A stretch of DNA of 64,000 nt from Schizochytrium sp. TIO01 (taxonomy: Eukaryota; Protista; Bigyra: Labyrinthulomycetes): positions 558,001 to 622,000 of the forward strand of contig SMSO01000005.1 in NCBI GenBank assembly GCA_004764695.1. The letters run 5' to 3'. Below, one piece after another: positions 1-11,980 of this stretch. The notes beneath the pieces are model-generated. The model saw only the letters and a program-made list of their open reading frames with translations. It did not search any database and had not been told where the DNA came from. The position numbers and the translations under genes are program-made. Each line of letters starts with the position of its first letter. Positions within the stretch are counted from its first letter, which is position 1.

Positions 1-1195
1 GTAAGACAAATCTAAGCGGGCAAGCTTGTATGAACTCGTCTGTAGGACGCAAATGAGAAAGATTGAAGCAGAGAGGCTTCTAAGAACTTGTCAATGGTGA
101 GGCTAGAAGCAAACTTGTCGGTTGTAAGACAAATCTAAGCGGGCAAGCTTGTATGAACTCGCCTGTAGGCCGCAAATGAGACGGATTGAAGCAGGAAGGC
201 TTCTAAGAACTTGTCAATGGTGTGGCTAGAAGCAAACTTGTCGGTTGTAAGACAAGTCCAAGCGGGCAAGCTTGTATGAACTCGTCTGTAGGCGCAAATG
301 AGAAAGATTGAAGCAGAGAGGCTTCTAAGAACTTGTCAATGGTGAGGCTAGAAGCAAACTTGTCAATTGCAAGACAAGTCCAAGCGGGCAAGCTTGTATG
401 AACTCGTCTGTAGGCGCAAATGAGACAGATTGAAGCAGAGAGGCTTCTAAGAGCTTGTAGATGGTGTGGCTAGAAGCAAACTTGTCGGTTGTAAGACAGT
501 CCAAGCGGGCAAGCTTGTATGAATTCGTCTGTAGGACGCAAATGAGACAGATTGAAGCAGAGAGGCTTCTAAGAACTTGTCAATGGTGTGGCTAGAAGCA
601 AACTTGTCGATTGCAAGACAAGTCCAAGCGGGCAAGCTTGTATGAACTCGTCTGTAGGACGCAAATGAGACAGATTGAAGCAGGAAGGCTTCTCAGAGCT
701 TGTAGATGGTGTGGCTAGAAGCAAACTTGTCGATCGCAAGACAAATCTAAGCGGGCAAGCTTGTATGAACTCGTCTGTAGGACGCAAATGAGAAAGATTG
801 AAGCAGAGAGGCTTCTAAGAACTTGTCAATGGTGTGGCTAGAAGCAAACTTGTCGATTGCAAGACAAGTTCAAGCGGGCAAGCTTGTATGAACTCGTCTG
901 TAGGACGCAAATGAGAAAGATTGAAGCAGAGAGGCTTCTAAGAACTTGTCAATGGTGTGGCTAGAAGCAAACTTGTCAATTGCAAGACAAGTTCAAGCGG
1001 GCAAGCTTGTATGAACTCGCCTGTAGGCGCAAATGAGACAGATTGAAGCAGAGAGGCTTCTAAGAACTTGTAGATGGTGTGGCTAGAAGCAAACTTGTCG
1101 GTTGTAAGACAGTCCAAGCGGGCAAGCTTGTATGAATTCGTCTGTAGGACGCAAATGAGACAGATTGAAGCAGGAAGGCTTCTCGGAACTTGTCT
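1..1195. repeat. Tandem array (satellite/minisatellite), 122-123 bp unit, ~9.7 copies visible, truncated by the window start
   Basis: Unit g(t/c)aagacaa...gcgggcaagcttgtatgaactcg...gcaaatgaga...gattgaagcag...ggctagaagcaaacttgtc recurs at 1, 124, 247, 369, 491, 613, 736, 859, 982 and 1104. Copies differ by few substitutions and 1-nt indels. Confidence 0.97.
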
Positions 1196-4100
1196 ACTGT
1201 CACAAGATAATACTTACTTTGAGCATAGAACAATATTGAAGGACAAAATATTGTTCAGTAATCGCAAAGCCTTGCAAAAGAGGCCGTGGATGGGAAGAGG
1301 AAAGAGAGACAAGTTTGATGAAGATGGAGAACAGAGAGCAGGGAGAATAGCTCGGAGCGTTGTTGAGGCCTGCAAGGAGCAGGGGCGGGACAAGAGGAGG
1401 TTTCTCTTTAGGCTTTGGGCAAACGTTCGGGTTCTGTTTAGATCACCGTTCGCTACAGATGCCAAGATCCAGTGAAGAATCTGAGAGAGTCTGATAGAGT
1501 TTTCGTCTTAAACATTTTCACCTTCGCTAAGTGTTAGTTAGATTTGGCTACAATGCAGGCCTTCATCATACAAAACAAAAAATCAAAAACGTAAACGACA
1601 AGAAAGCTTTCCTGAGAAGTATCTAGGAAAATTCGATAAATTTGCCACCTTAAACATTTCACTCTCGCTAGTCTTTGCACGCTTTCCTATACACTCAAAG
1701 ATATAAAGACAAGGGAGAAATCCTTGATTCTTAAATGATTGAACCCTTGCATTCACTCTGCTCAAAGAAAATCGTTGGTGATACTGAGAGTAAACTCGTC
1801 CAGCAACCCTTCCGCTCATTGGTAATCTCTTTTTCAAATTACAGAATGTTTTAATACTTTTACCTCTATAACCTCAGGACAACCCCGGGTTACGACGTAT
1901 TAAACAAGAAAGACGAACAGAAACATCCAAAGCCCGGCATGGAAAGACATAAGAGGCATTACATATGGAATGGGCAGCTACCTTGATTGCGGAGTACAGC
2001 ACAAGCATCATGACCGCGCAGACGAAAGCGATGGTTCGTGTCTGTTTCAACATGTGTAACGGTCGTTGCGGAGAAGTAATAGAAGGCATTTTCTATGCAA
2101 ATAAGTTAGTATGCTTTTCTTCATCTACACCAGGCCTATTGTATTACTAAGAAATGTGTTCACAGCCTACACAATCATATACGCAAATGTGTATGACAGA
2201 CGTAGGTAGAAAATCAAAAATTCATTTTAAAAAAATAGAATCGCGATTGCCTTCGGGATGTTCTAGTGGTTGGAAAGGATTTTGACGAGTTGAACCAGCT
2301 TAGGTGGATCCGATCCTTGCAAACCCAAAACAATCTTGATGCCCTTCTACCTTAAAGGAAAAAATAGAGAAAACTGATTTTTCTTTTATAACGGAGGTTC
2401 AAGTGGGTATGCGAGAGTTCGCACAACAGCTAACTTACTGTCGTTGCTACATTCAATAAATGAAGAGCCTCATAAAAACAACTCCAACATAGCTTAAATC
2501 GGAGCAACTTTCAACCTATGTGAGCATGCCAGCACCAAACGTCTTCATGTGTAAAATTAGATTGCATAGTTCGAGTTATAAGATGATGGCTTTGAATGAC
2601 GCATAGTAAAGGATAAAGTTAAAAAGAAGAGAAATTTAAGGTACGTTTGCCCTAAGAGGATCTTGTTTCCTGGGCAACGGCAACGCCCTTCTAGAGTATT
2701 CCCTCCGATTTACATCCTTTTAGTTGACCAAAATATTTATTTGCTACGTTGGGGCGCAGCGCTTTCTCAGGATGGTTGCCAACATAAGAAATTTATAATA
2801 ACCATGACTAACACCAGCATTCTTTGCCACATAGCTTCAAGACATAGTAATTATTTGCTGAGTCGGTGAACCTTATCGGTAATCTTTCTTTTGCGCGAAT
2901 TCAAGATTTATTGTTGTCTTTATTCTGGTACATGGATGAAGTAAGTGGTCTTTTGTCTACAAAGTTCTTAGCACAGCTTATATAAAATGTAGGATTATTG
3001 CTGCTCATATAGCATGCTTTAAATAAAAACCAACCGCTAGCGTTGAACGCGACGCCTCTCCTGGTCTGAGCGTCTTGGCTTCGGGTTTATTGGCGAGACA
3101 AGACCCCGTCCGCGATGTGCTCTAACCTCCCCGGGCTGAGTGTCCCATCCGCTGTTGAAGCCTCCAATAGGCTTTCTTTGCAGCTAGAACCCTTTGCTTA
3201 GACATCGCAAACGCTGCGCGCGTGAGCTTTGTGCTTGCTAACTTGCCTTTGTCTTAAGTTCTGTGCAGGGAAGGCCTCGTAAAAACCGATTGGAGGAGTT
3301 GACCGATTAGGCCTTTTATTTAGACCGTTTTAGTTATCCGTTGTTTGGGGATAAAACTGGGCTCCACACGATGAGCGCAGCTGTTAACGCCTCGATGGTG
3401 AAAGTAGATGCATGCGATGAAGTCTTTAAGAGCAAACCTTGGCATATGAATTCGATAAATGATACCTTAATGAGAGTTAAGCGAGAACAAGCCTAGCAAG
3501 GAAGTATTGCTTTAGGCAAACACTATGTTTGTGGATCCTTTGACGATGCTCAAATGCAGAGAAACATGCGTTCGTACGATTCTGGAATACGCTGAAAGGT
3601 ATGTGTTGTAAGGAAAACAAACTGGGTGCTGTAGGCTGTCAAGGAAGTGTTAAGTCCAGTACAAGAGATTGTTCACGTAGGAGAGGCAAAGGTTTATTAT
3701 TTACTTTAGAAGCTAGACGATATGAATTGCAAACATAGACCAAAAAAAACTTGGTCTCAAAATCTTGACATTCGTGCCTAATTAAACTGTCTCTTTTTAT
3801 GAGTCTTTGTCTTGGTATGCTTTATAGAAAGAGGGCCGCCTATGAGAACTCCAATGAATTCAAGCGTTGAAAATTTTATTTATCAAATTTTATAGACTTT
3901 AAGAATGTTCAACCGAAGGTCTTCCTTTTTTATGTCGAGGCCTTCGAAAGTACTTCATCAAGTCTGTATCATTGCCCGCCGCGGCGTAATCGCTCATATA
4001 AGAAACGGGAAAGTGGAAGTTTCATTTTTATAGAGAATTACTTCCGAATTGCCGCAGTCCAGTCGTAGTGGAAAAATAAAACATGAACCGGTTTATCCGA

Positions 4101-5878
4101 GACCTCCGTTCTATATAGCTCCAGAAAATCAGAGCGAAACCTTTTCATTCTATGCGTAGCCTTAAGTATTCCATTGCAGAGCCATACACTTTATTGAGAG
4201 TGCGAAAAGGCTCGATTCTGGCTCTGTGAGGTTCATAAGGACACAAAAGGATATACGTAAACAATAGCAAGTAGATGGTCAAAAAGATTCAGCAGTGTGA
4301 AGAGCACACCTTTTAAAAATTGGAACATGGTATACACTTGGTATCTTGATGTTATAGTTTACTCGGGTCTCTAGAGTTCCCATGGCCCGTGCATAACTTC
4401 TTGAAGATTTAAAGAAAATATTGTTCCGGTGATGACCTCACGGGATGTCCTTATGTTACACTTTGAACTAACCAATGATGATCTGCAAAGGTTGAGGATA
4501 TTGTAACAAAGTTAGAATGTGCCATTCTATGCATGCACACCTTAGTAAAGGTTAGTCAATTTTAAACAAACCTATACATATGACTGCTGGTGAGAACCAT
4601 AAATAGGAAGGTTGACAGATTTCACCCTCCAACATGAAGGGTTGGAAGAGACGGACTAAATGCGAGCTTCAAAGAGTCAAGCTTCCTGAAGTACCCTTTC
4701 TAGGAGAACTATATTCACTCGTGCTTGCCTTTCATGCGTTTGGTGAACTACCTTGTGGAGACCCTGGAGTGTAAGTTTGAAGGTCATGACGTAAAAAGGG
4801 AAAGTTTAGGAGCGAAACATGCGCAGCACGCGCAGCACGCGCTTCATTGATGCATTCTAATCGTCAATATCCAAGCACGCCTTCCATACCATTTTCGTAT
4901 TTATTACTTTCCAATACTCTCTGCAGTCCAACGCTTAAACCTCTGCATTGTTCCCTCTTTTTTTTAATCTCATGTAGTAGTATGTTAACCACTATTAGTA
5001 GATTTCTCATTTGAACCTCGGTACGGCCACTATTAGAGCATTTAGTTTTCTATAGGGAAAGACAGGAGGATTGGAAAACCCGAGAATTGTATTTTCCTGG
5101 AATAAAGTATATGAAAGTCAATAAATGACTCTAGCAACTCTAGACCTCTCTTACACCAGTTTTATATGCATATTTTTCTGATAAAATTGTAGCTGAGAAC
5201 CAATCCACAAACTTGATATCGGACAAATTTAACCAAAGTCACGGAAAAGTATCTAACAACCAGCCTGCGCACTCAGCTCGAATCGTTCAGCTATCGTATA
5301 TAAGTAGCAGGATAATTCACTTCTCCTTTCTTCCTTTCTTCCTTTCTTTCATTCTTTTTCCTGAACCTAATGAATGTCAAAAAACTGTCAAGAAGGGAGT
5401 CTTTGTGTCTAAAATAAAGAAAAACGAAAGTGGTTTTGGCTGAGAATCATCGGTGTAACTCGAAAAGAATATTCCGTTCCTCTCTTCGTTGGCGATACCT
5501 GTAAAGCTCACCCAGTCGCGTCTCGTACTCCTCGTCAGAACTTTGTAAGCCTGGTATGGGTATATTTTAAAGCACTACCGTTCGCCTCCACCAAAGCATG
5601 CCTCCATAGTCATAGCAGCTTTTTGGCAAGCTGCGAAAAGAACAGTGCCATTAAACTCACCTTACTGTAGAAACTTGCATTGGACAAAGCACAGTATGTA
5701 CTGAGAAGCTCATCCTGCTCACACCAATTTCTGGCTATTAATCTAAAGCCTAGGACTCTAACGCACCACCCAAAAAGCATACTAGTATTCAATATTATGG
5801 CCTAGCTCGTTCTCTCACTGACATATCTGCCTTTTGCTTTTGTCATAGACAAACTCTTGGCGCTGCTTACTTCCTGCG

Positions 5879-8800
5879 ATGGATTGGGCCGCGGCCGTTC
5901 AGGGCGTGCTAAGCGCAAATGCCGAGGAGCGCGGCGCTGCAGAGAGTGCCATCGCCAGGTGCAGCAGCGATGACGCTCTTGCGCTGGTCACGTTGGTCAC
6001 TCACGGTCGTCTCGGGCAGCGCAACATTGCCATGCCTGCGCGCGAAGCCGCTGCTGTGCTACTCGTGCCAGTTCTCCTCGGTGCTAGGACCGCGCTTAGT
6101 GGGTCCTCTGCCTCTTCTCAGAGCTTTACTCCCCAAAGCGAGGCTAAACTTTGGGCACTCGACGGAACGACGCAGGACCAGGTCATGCAAGAACTCATGT
6201 ATGCTGCTACACGAACCTCAAAATCCGCTCCAAAATTACAAGCCAGAATTGCACACGCTGTAGCTGCAATGGCCGAAGAGTATGGTGAGGAATGGCCTGC
6301 ACTAAAGCAAGCTTTTTTAGAGATTCTTGCAGATTCTTCAGTTCATTCACAATTCTCAACAAATGTAAACTCTGGTATGCAGTCAAATTATGCTGGAGAC
6401 GTGGATGGACAAAGTGGCTTGCTCACAGCAATGCTTGTGGCTGTGTCAGCCCCAGAGACCATCATGTCGATGTTTTCGGGTGACGAAGAGGTTCAGCACT
6501 GGGCAAGGGCGTTGCAGTATGGTCTACAGAGGGCTGACAGCAACATCCAAGTTGCTGTTGCAGCGCTTAATGCAGTAGCTGCGGTGGGACCTTATGTTCT
6601 TGGTCAGGACCGCAGGACATTTCAGGAACTAGCTACGCAAATTGTGCCATGCATCCAGTCTTGTGCACAAGTCTCATCAGGGGCATTGGAAACAGCTATG
6701 ACTTCTCTTGCAGAAATGTGTTATGAGAGTACCCATATTCTGGGACCTGCGCTGTTCTCAATGCTGCAGCTAATTTTGGCTATCATTGACTCACAAGGAC
6801 TTTCTGACGAGATTAGAATTCTAGGAATAGAATGCCTGGCCGGATTGTGCGAGCGACTTCCTTCGTCTGTACGCCAGCTGCAACAAGATCTTAGTGGTGC
6901 AAAGCTGATAGAGACGTTAATGCGCACTATAATAAACACACTCGAAGATGACGCCCCTTTAGATGTGCTTCAAGATGGAGGAATTTCGTCCCCATGTGCA
7001 GCTGCAAGTGCTGCTTGCATTGGTCGCCTAGCTGTTTCAGATTGCTTGGGCGCAAACCACGTAGGTGCAGCTATAATGCAACTTGCTCAAGATTGTTTGC
7101 AAAATGCACAATGGAAGCCTGTCGTCGCTGGAATTGAGACAGTGGCACAGCTAGTGGATGCACACTGTCTAACTCCAACCGGTGCCCTTGGATTTGGTCG
7201 AGAAGTTGCTCAAGTTGATCAGATAACTACAGAGGTGCTCTCCAGAGCACGGGACTGGGCTGTCGCAGCAATCACTCAGCATGCTGATCTTCGGGTACAG
7301 TATACTGGCCTAGCATGTTTAGGAACTTTGTCAAGTCACCCCGAGTCGGTTCAATTCTTGCCTGGCTTTCGTCGTAGCGTTTCTCAGGTGGTTGCGGCGG
7401 GCCTTGCAAATGAGCACGTGAAAATTCGCCAGTGTTCTTGTGAGGTGGTGGAAGCTCTTGTCCTTACATGTGGACTTGAAGTAAGCGAACTGTCTGGTTT
7501 CGAGGTTGTAGTTAGAAAACTTCGGGAAATTGTCACTCACGATCACACTAATACAGGCGTATGGCAAGCGTCTTTATATACACTTTGCGCTTTATCATCG
7601 GATCGTGCTATGCAACCAATGATGGCCGCCCAATTCGATCAGTGGGCCCCGCTTCTTTCTTCCGCTGTGAGTGCACCATCACAGAGTGAGCATGCTCAAT
7701 CAACGCATTCGTGGAGCCTGGAAAATCGCGTTAGGGCTGGAATTTGCCTCGCGGGTTTCTGTAAAGCAGTTGGTCAACCAAGGGCCTCCACAGAAACCAT
7801 TGGTCTTATTAAATGGGCTACACAACAGCTGCAAGACCAATCACAAAGCGATTTGTTACGCGAGTGCCTAGAATTGTTCTTTCAACTTTGGGTTGCTATT
7901 GTGCAATGTCTCCCGGCTATTATATCTGCGGAGCAGATTGCACCGGCATTAACACTTGCTCGGCAAACCTTGGAATATTCGTTGGAGAATGCCCAGGAGG
8001 GAGATGGGGGTGACGAGATGGAATTCTCAACTGAGGCAGCACGGCATACCGTGGGCGCGTGGGAGCTCTTAGGCGCTATTGCTACCTACACCCCTTCTCA
8101 ACTACTACAACACGTTGAGTGGGTTTTCGAGTTTGCCCAGGCTCAGATGGACCTCGATGTTCTCCCTGACATTTATATCGCCACTGCGCAAGCTCTTGCT
8201 CAGATTGCTTCCTCTTTAGATGGCAACGAGTCTGATCTTGCATCTAATTTTCGCCATGCAACTATGGAACTTTTGCTACAAGCAATAAGTATGGGCGAGG
8301 AAGACCCGGATTTGCAAAGTGGACTTTTGCAGGTAGTGCAGAAATATATTCAAGATGCACCAGAACTTCCAGTTGCCGACACAGACTTGCTATGCACACA
8401 ACTTCTTTCGGTTTTTGAGTCAAGCATTCGCGCTCGTGCTATCCTTCAAGGCCAGCAGCGTCTTTATATGGACCCGCAGGGACCGGATGCAGATGAACTT
8501 TTAGTAAATAGTATGGCAGAAGCCTCAAATTCTGCATTTCGTGTGGAGATCATCCGTACATGGTCAATTCTTGGACAGAAAGCCCCTCACTGTTTCTCGG
8601 GTGACGCTGGTTTTTCTTTAATTTCTGGCTTGGCACAACTTGCGTTGCCACATCGTCTTTTAGAAGACAGAATGCTTATCTGCCAGTTTTATTCGGATCT
8701 TTTTGGTTCCCTGCGCTGTCAAAATGTTCAATTTCGAAATAAAGTTATTCGTCAGGTTGTGGAAACTATTGTGTTGAATGTTTTAGAAGAGCGTCGTCGA

Positions 8801-9304
8801 GAGGAGCATTTTGATCGCCATGAGTCTCTGATACAAATGTCTTGCTTCTGTGCAGTACATGTAAAGGAGTTCGTTTCGTCTCAAGAACGCATGTATCAAG
8901 CTCAATTTCCTGATGAGTTTCTTATCAAGTTATGTGAGATTATTGGTCAAGAAGGCAGCGAGCATAGTCCTTTGACAAGATGTTTTGCTACCATCGCCAC
9001 GATTTGGATGGTGATGTCGTCTAACCAGTCTGAGAGTCAAAACGTTACGACATTGTGGATAAGCCACTTACCTTTGCCAGATGCTGCTCCGCGTAACGCT
9101 CATGCAAGTATTGTTCGAGCACTCACCACATTTCTCAATTCGGCTTCTGCCAGCTCCCTCTCTACCGAGCAGCAGATCAGTGTTGCTCAAAATGTGCAAG
9201 AGTATCTGGCCCGTGTAAATAGCCAGGATTCTAATTTGACCCAAGAAGAGCAACTGCAAGCACGCCAAACTGCATGTGCTCTCCTAGCACGGCACGGAAT
9301 CTGA
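5879..9304 (+). CDS. Importin-beta/karyopherin-like HEAT/ARM-repeat protein (divergent importin-4/5-like), 1141 aa
   Basis: Long uninterrupted ORF. The N-terminus (VQGVLSANAEERGAAESAI) resembles the importin-beta N-terminal helix pattern. HEAT-like segments include DEIRILGIECLAGLCE, CLQNAQWKPVVAGIETVAQL, HADLRVQYTGLACLGTL and NEHVKIRQCSCEVVEAL. The C-terminal WISHLPL and ~1100 aa size fit IPO4/IPO5-type proteins. Confidence 0.72.
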   Translation: MDWAAAVQGVLSANAEERGAAESAIARCSSDDALALVTLVTHGRLGQRNIAMPAREAAAVLLVPVLLGARTALSGSSASSQSFTPQSEAKLWALDGTTQDQVMQELMYAATRTSKSAPKLQARIAHAVAAMAEEYGEEWPALKQAFLEILADSSVHSQFSTNVNSGMQSNYAGDVDGQSGLLTAMLVAVSAPETIMSMFSGDEEVQHWARALQYGLQRADSNIQVAVAALNAVAAVGPYVLGQDRRTFQELATQIVPCIQSCAQVSSGALETAMTSLAEMCYESTHILGPALFSMLQLILAIIDSQGLSDEIRILGIECLAGLCERLPSSVRQLQQDLSGAKLIETLMRTIINTLEDDAPLDVLQDGGISSPCAAASAACIGRLAVSDCLGANHVGAAIMQLAQDCLQNAQWKPVVAGIETVAQLVDAHCLTPTGALGFGREVAQVDQITTEVLSRARDWAVAAITQHADLRVQYTGLACLGTLSSHPESVQFLPGFRRSVSQVVAAGLANEHVKIRQCSCEVVEALVLTCGLEVSELSGFEVVVRKLREIVTHDHTNTGVWQASLYTLCALSSDRAMQPMMAAQFDQWAPLLSSAVSAPSQSEHAQSTHSWSLENRVRAGICLAGFCKAVGQPRASTETIGLIKWATQQLQDQSQSDLLRECLELFFQLWVAIVQCLPAIISAEQIAPALTLARQTLEYSLENAQEGDGGDEMEFSTEAARHTVGAWELLGAIATYTPSQLLQHVEWVFEFAQAQMDLDVLPDIYIATAQALAQIASSLDGNESDLASNFRHATMELLLQAISMGEEDPDLQSGLLQVVQKYIQDAPELPVADTDLLCTQLLSVFESSIRARAILQGQQRLYMDPQGPDADELLVNSMAEASNSAFRVEIIRTWSILGQKAPHCFSGDAGFSLISGLAQLALPHRLLEDRMLICQFYSDLFGSLRCQNVQFRNKVIRQVVETIVLNVLEERRREEHFDRHESLIQMSCFCAVHVKEFVSSQERMYQAQFPDEFLIKLCEIIGQEGSEHSPLTRCFATIATIWMVMSSNQSESQNVTTLWISHLPLPDAAPRNAHASIVRALTTFLNSASASSLSTEQQISVAQNVQEYLARVNSQDSNLTQEEQLQARQTACALLARHGI

Positions 9305-9844
9305 AATGATTGTATGGGAGTACATTGTATTTGCCGTACAAAATATGGCAGAAAACATGTTTTTTCCATACCTTCTGGATTTGTCTCAATTTACTTTTCT
9401 CTTTCAGGGGAAAGAAAGAGAAAAGTAATGCTAAGGATAGTAAGACAAATTCAATCAACGTCCTTGTGTTTAAAAGTATTTGAGGACTACATCAATTCAA
9501 AATAAACTTATTGAGACTGATATTGATAACTTGTTTCTTTGCTTTGTTATTTTGAATTTTGCAACAACTAGCATCATTTTAGTAAGTTTTCAAATACGTC
9601 TGGAAGGTTGCGGTGCATGTCGCAGCGTCAGGATCAGCTTTCTAATCCCACTTCTTCGCTTTCTAAAGAACTACTTTGTTTTGAGTCATTTTTCTTCGTT
9701 GCATTTTCAAAAACGAAACTAGTTACTATGATTAAACATGGCAATAATAATTATAGCATTGTGATTAGCTTGAGACAATCACTCTTCATACCATGGTATC
9801 ATGATACTTTAGTTTCTTGAAATATTTTGATCAGCGTCGGGAGA

Positions 9845-11980
9845 CTAAATGTTCCTAGTCCAAGTTTTTAGTGCAGATTCGATCACCAGTGTATCTGAAG
9901 AATATTTCTGCTGGCGCGCGCGGAGCAGTTCAAACCATTTAATGCGGTTCATTCCAGCATTGAGAAGCATAACTCGTTGCACTAGTTCGTCCCATTCTTC
10001 GTGAGAGTTAGTTGTCTCTTTGCAATCAGCAAGAGCGTTTTGCGTAGCGGCTTGCTCTGAGAGTAAAAACTGGTTCACTCGCGAGAGGCTGTGGCCGTTG
10101 AACCAATTTGTATTGAGTGACAACGTTTCTTCAAGGTTGTGAACTTCATGGTACCATCCAGAGGGCACAAATATAGCATCTCCAGGGCTTTGAACAGAGA
10201 GCAAAGGTTTACTAGGACAGTCTGCCGGAAGGCCACCTAAGATAATATCATACAACTCGTCATCCATAACAAGCTCGGAGCGCTGAGATGCCTTTACAAA
10301 CCATTCACGAATGAGTTCAGTATTGTTGACAATATTGCCTTCAATACTCCGCGGTTCTTTTCCCTCTGGAAACATGATCCACAACTTTGTGCCATAAACA
10401 TTATAGCTCCAGCTGTAGCTTCGATAAACGTCATGGTGCATGCGCGTGCATGACCCCGCAGGTCCTAGGTACAGGAACTTAAAATCACTCTGATTTAGAT
10501 CTCCTACTTGGCAGAACTCATTGAGCCAGTCATCTTGAAACCATTCTGGCACTTCGTAGGGTGGCTGTCCAGCATGGCTGCGCTCCCAGGCTGCATTAAA
10601 GTGCCAGTCTTTGAGATACCCTGGCACGCCAAGATGGGCATGATCTAGCCAGCAGGAAAAATAGTCGGCCAGGCGCATCTCCACGCGCGGCTCCTGCGTA
10701 GGGTTACACGCTTTGCACTGAGAGTCACAGATAGGAATAATCTCGTCGGCAAGGTCTGCATTTGCAGCTAAGGTTTGCCTAGAGAGTCCCTCGGGCCCAA
10801 GCTTTATGTCTCGAAGTAAGCACGGCAAGTTCGCTTCCATAAAAACCTGCGCAAATTCATCAGCCTTAATAAGTGCTGAGGTACGCACTGGTACAGACTT
10901 GGCACATCGACGTACCCGAAGCAGGCGCATAGCTTTTAGGTTAGCCCCAGCCATGCCGTACAGCAACAAGGCAGAGGGTCCATAGAAACCGAGACGACTT
11001 GTGGCATCTTCGTCTGCAATAACAGGATCAAGCTCGTGCGACACCTCCTCAATTGTGAGACGTGGGTCTTTCCCGAGGGCGTGTAGAAACCCGCCAAATG
11101 TCCTCTCACTGCGTTGTGTTGACAGCACATATGCGTCCGCCTTCGAATTCATATCGAAGACCGCCGTCAGCGCATTGAGAAAGGGCTGTAGCAACTCTGG
11201 GTCATAAATACAATCTCCGGCAATGACTACATCAATATCCTGCTCCCCGCAAATTGCCTCAAGGTCATCCTTCGCCGTGAACCAGTCAAACCTTGCCACT
11301 TTTGCTCTGCTTGGTTTATTCGCCTCCACAATAGCCTCCAAGTTATCCAGCTCCGATCTGCCGTAATCCGTCAAAACTACAGACGCAGGTTCCAGCTCCT
11401 GGTCAATCACCATGCCGCTCACGCCAGTGCCAGCTCCCAGTTCTAGCACATGCTTACCCCTAAATCGCTCTGGATACAACATTGCCCAATCGCCCAGCAT
11501 GATGCCGGCCTCCCAAGGCAAGTGCCCCACCCTATCCATGCCGGCATTGCACACTCTCACACGGCATACGGTCTGCTCCCGGGATTTCGGACCCAATGAA
11601 AACCACGACCATGGGAAATTGTCTCGGTCATGGCGCATGCCATTGTCAGAGTTGACGTCAGCAACGATGGCTTCTGCGAGACAGTCCGCAAGCTCGTCGC
11701 AAACGCCGCAGGGGTCCAACTCGGCGCGCTTCACGGCAGCTTGGAGGACGCGGCGCATGTAGGTAGTAGGTCGGGGCCACCGAGAGGTTTCTGGGTCTCT
11801 GAATACCTCAGATACCGCCAGACGCTGCCATGCATAGCCCGCGGAGGCCTCGTCGTCCTCGTCATCGCTACTGACCTTGTCACTGCGATCAGCCATGACT
11901 GCATCAGCGGCGGCTTCGAGGGCGGCTTGGACAGTGCCAAGAGCAGCCTGCTGCCGCACGAGCCACCGAAGCTCATCCAT
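9845..11980 (-). CDS. Fusion protein: EEF2KMT/FAM86-like 7-beta-strand lysine methyltransferase (N-terminal) plus JMJD4-like JmjC 2-oxoglutarate/Fe(II) hydroxylase (C-terminal), 711 aa
   Basis: The N-half has Methyltransf_16 motifs WEAG, VLELGAGTG, VVLTDY, FDW and DVVIAGDCIYD, plus a FAM86-like N-segment (PRPTTYMRRVLQAAV). The C-half has JMJD4 signatures YLKDWH, DDWLNEF, FLYLGPAGS, HHDVYRSYSWSYNVYGTKLW and PGDAIFVPSGWYHEVHNLEETLSLNTNW, with the HxD...H iron triad intact. Confidence 0.88.
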   Translation of the reverse strand: MDELRWLVRQQAALGTVQAALEAAADAVMADRSDKVSSDDEDDEASAGYAWQRLAVSEVFRDPETSRWPRPTTYMRRVLQAAVKRAELDPCGVCDELADCLAEAIVADVNSDNGMRHDRDNFPWSWFSLGPKSREQTVCRVRVCNAGMDRVGHLPWEAGIMLGDWAMLYPERFRGKHVLELGAGTGVSGMVIDQELEPASVVLTDYGRSELDNLEAIVEANKPSRAKVARFDWFTAKDDLEAICGEQDIDVVIAGDCIYDPELLQPFLNALTAVFDMNSKADAYVLSTQRSERTFGGFLHALGKDPRLTIEEVSHELDPVIADEDATSRLGFYGPSALLLYGMAGANLKAMRLLRVRRCAKSVPVRTSALIKADEFAQVFMEANLPCLLRDIKLGPEGLSRQTLAANADLADEIIPICDSQCKACNPTQEPRVEMRLADYFSCWLDHAHLGVPGYLKDWHFNAAWERSHAGQPPYEVPEWFQDDWLNEFCQVGDLNQSDFKFLYLGPAGSCTRMHHDVYRSYSWSYNVYGTKLWIMFPEGKEPRSIEGNIVNNTELIREWFVKASQRSELVMDDELYDIILGGLPADCPSKPLLSVQSPGDAIFVPSGWYHEVHNLEETLSLNTNWFNGHSLSRVNQFLLSEQAATQNALADCKETTNSHEEWDELVQRVMLLNAGMNRIKWFELLRARQQKYSSDTLVIESALKTWTRNI

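Noticed and set aside
1-1195. CRISPR-like array
   Set aside because: Whole units repeat with no unique spacers, no cas genes are present, and the context is eukaryotic.
3020-3260. GC-rich island with small hairpins ending in a T-run on the minus strand (ncRNA candidate)
   Set aside because: Could not match conserved motifs of SRP RNA, RNase P/MRP, U snRNAs or tRNA; an Infernal/Rfam scan would be needed.
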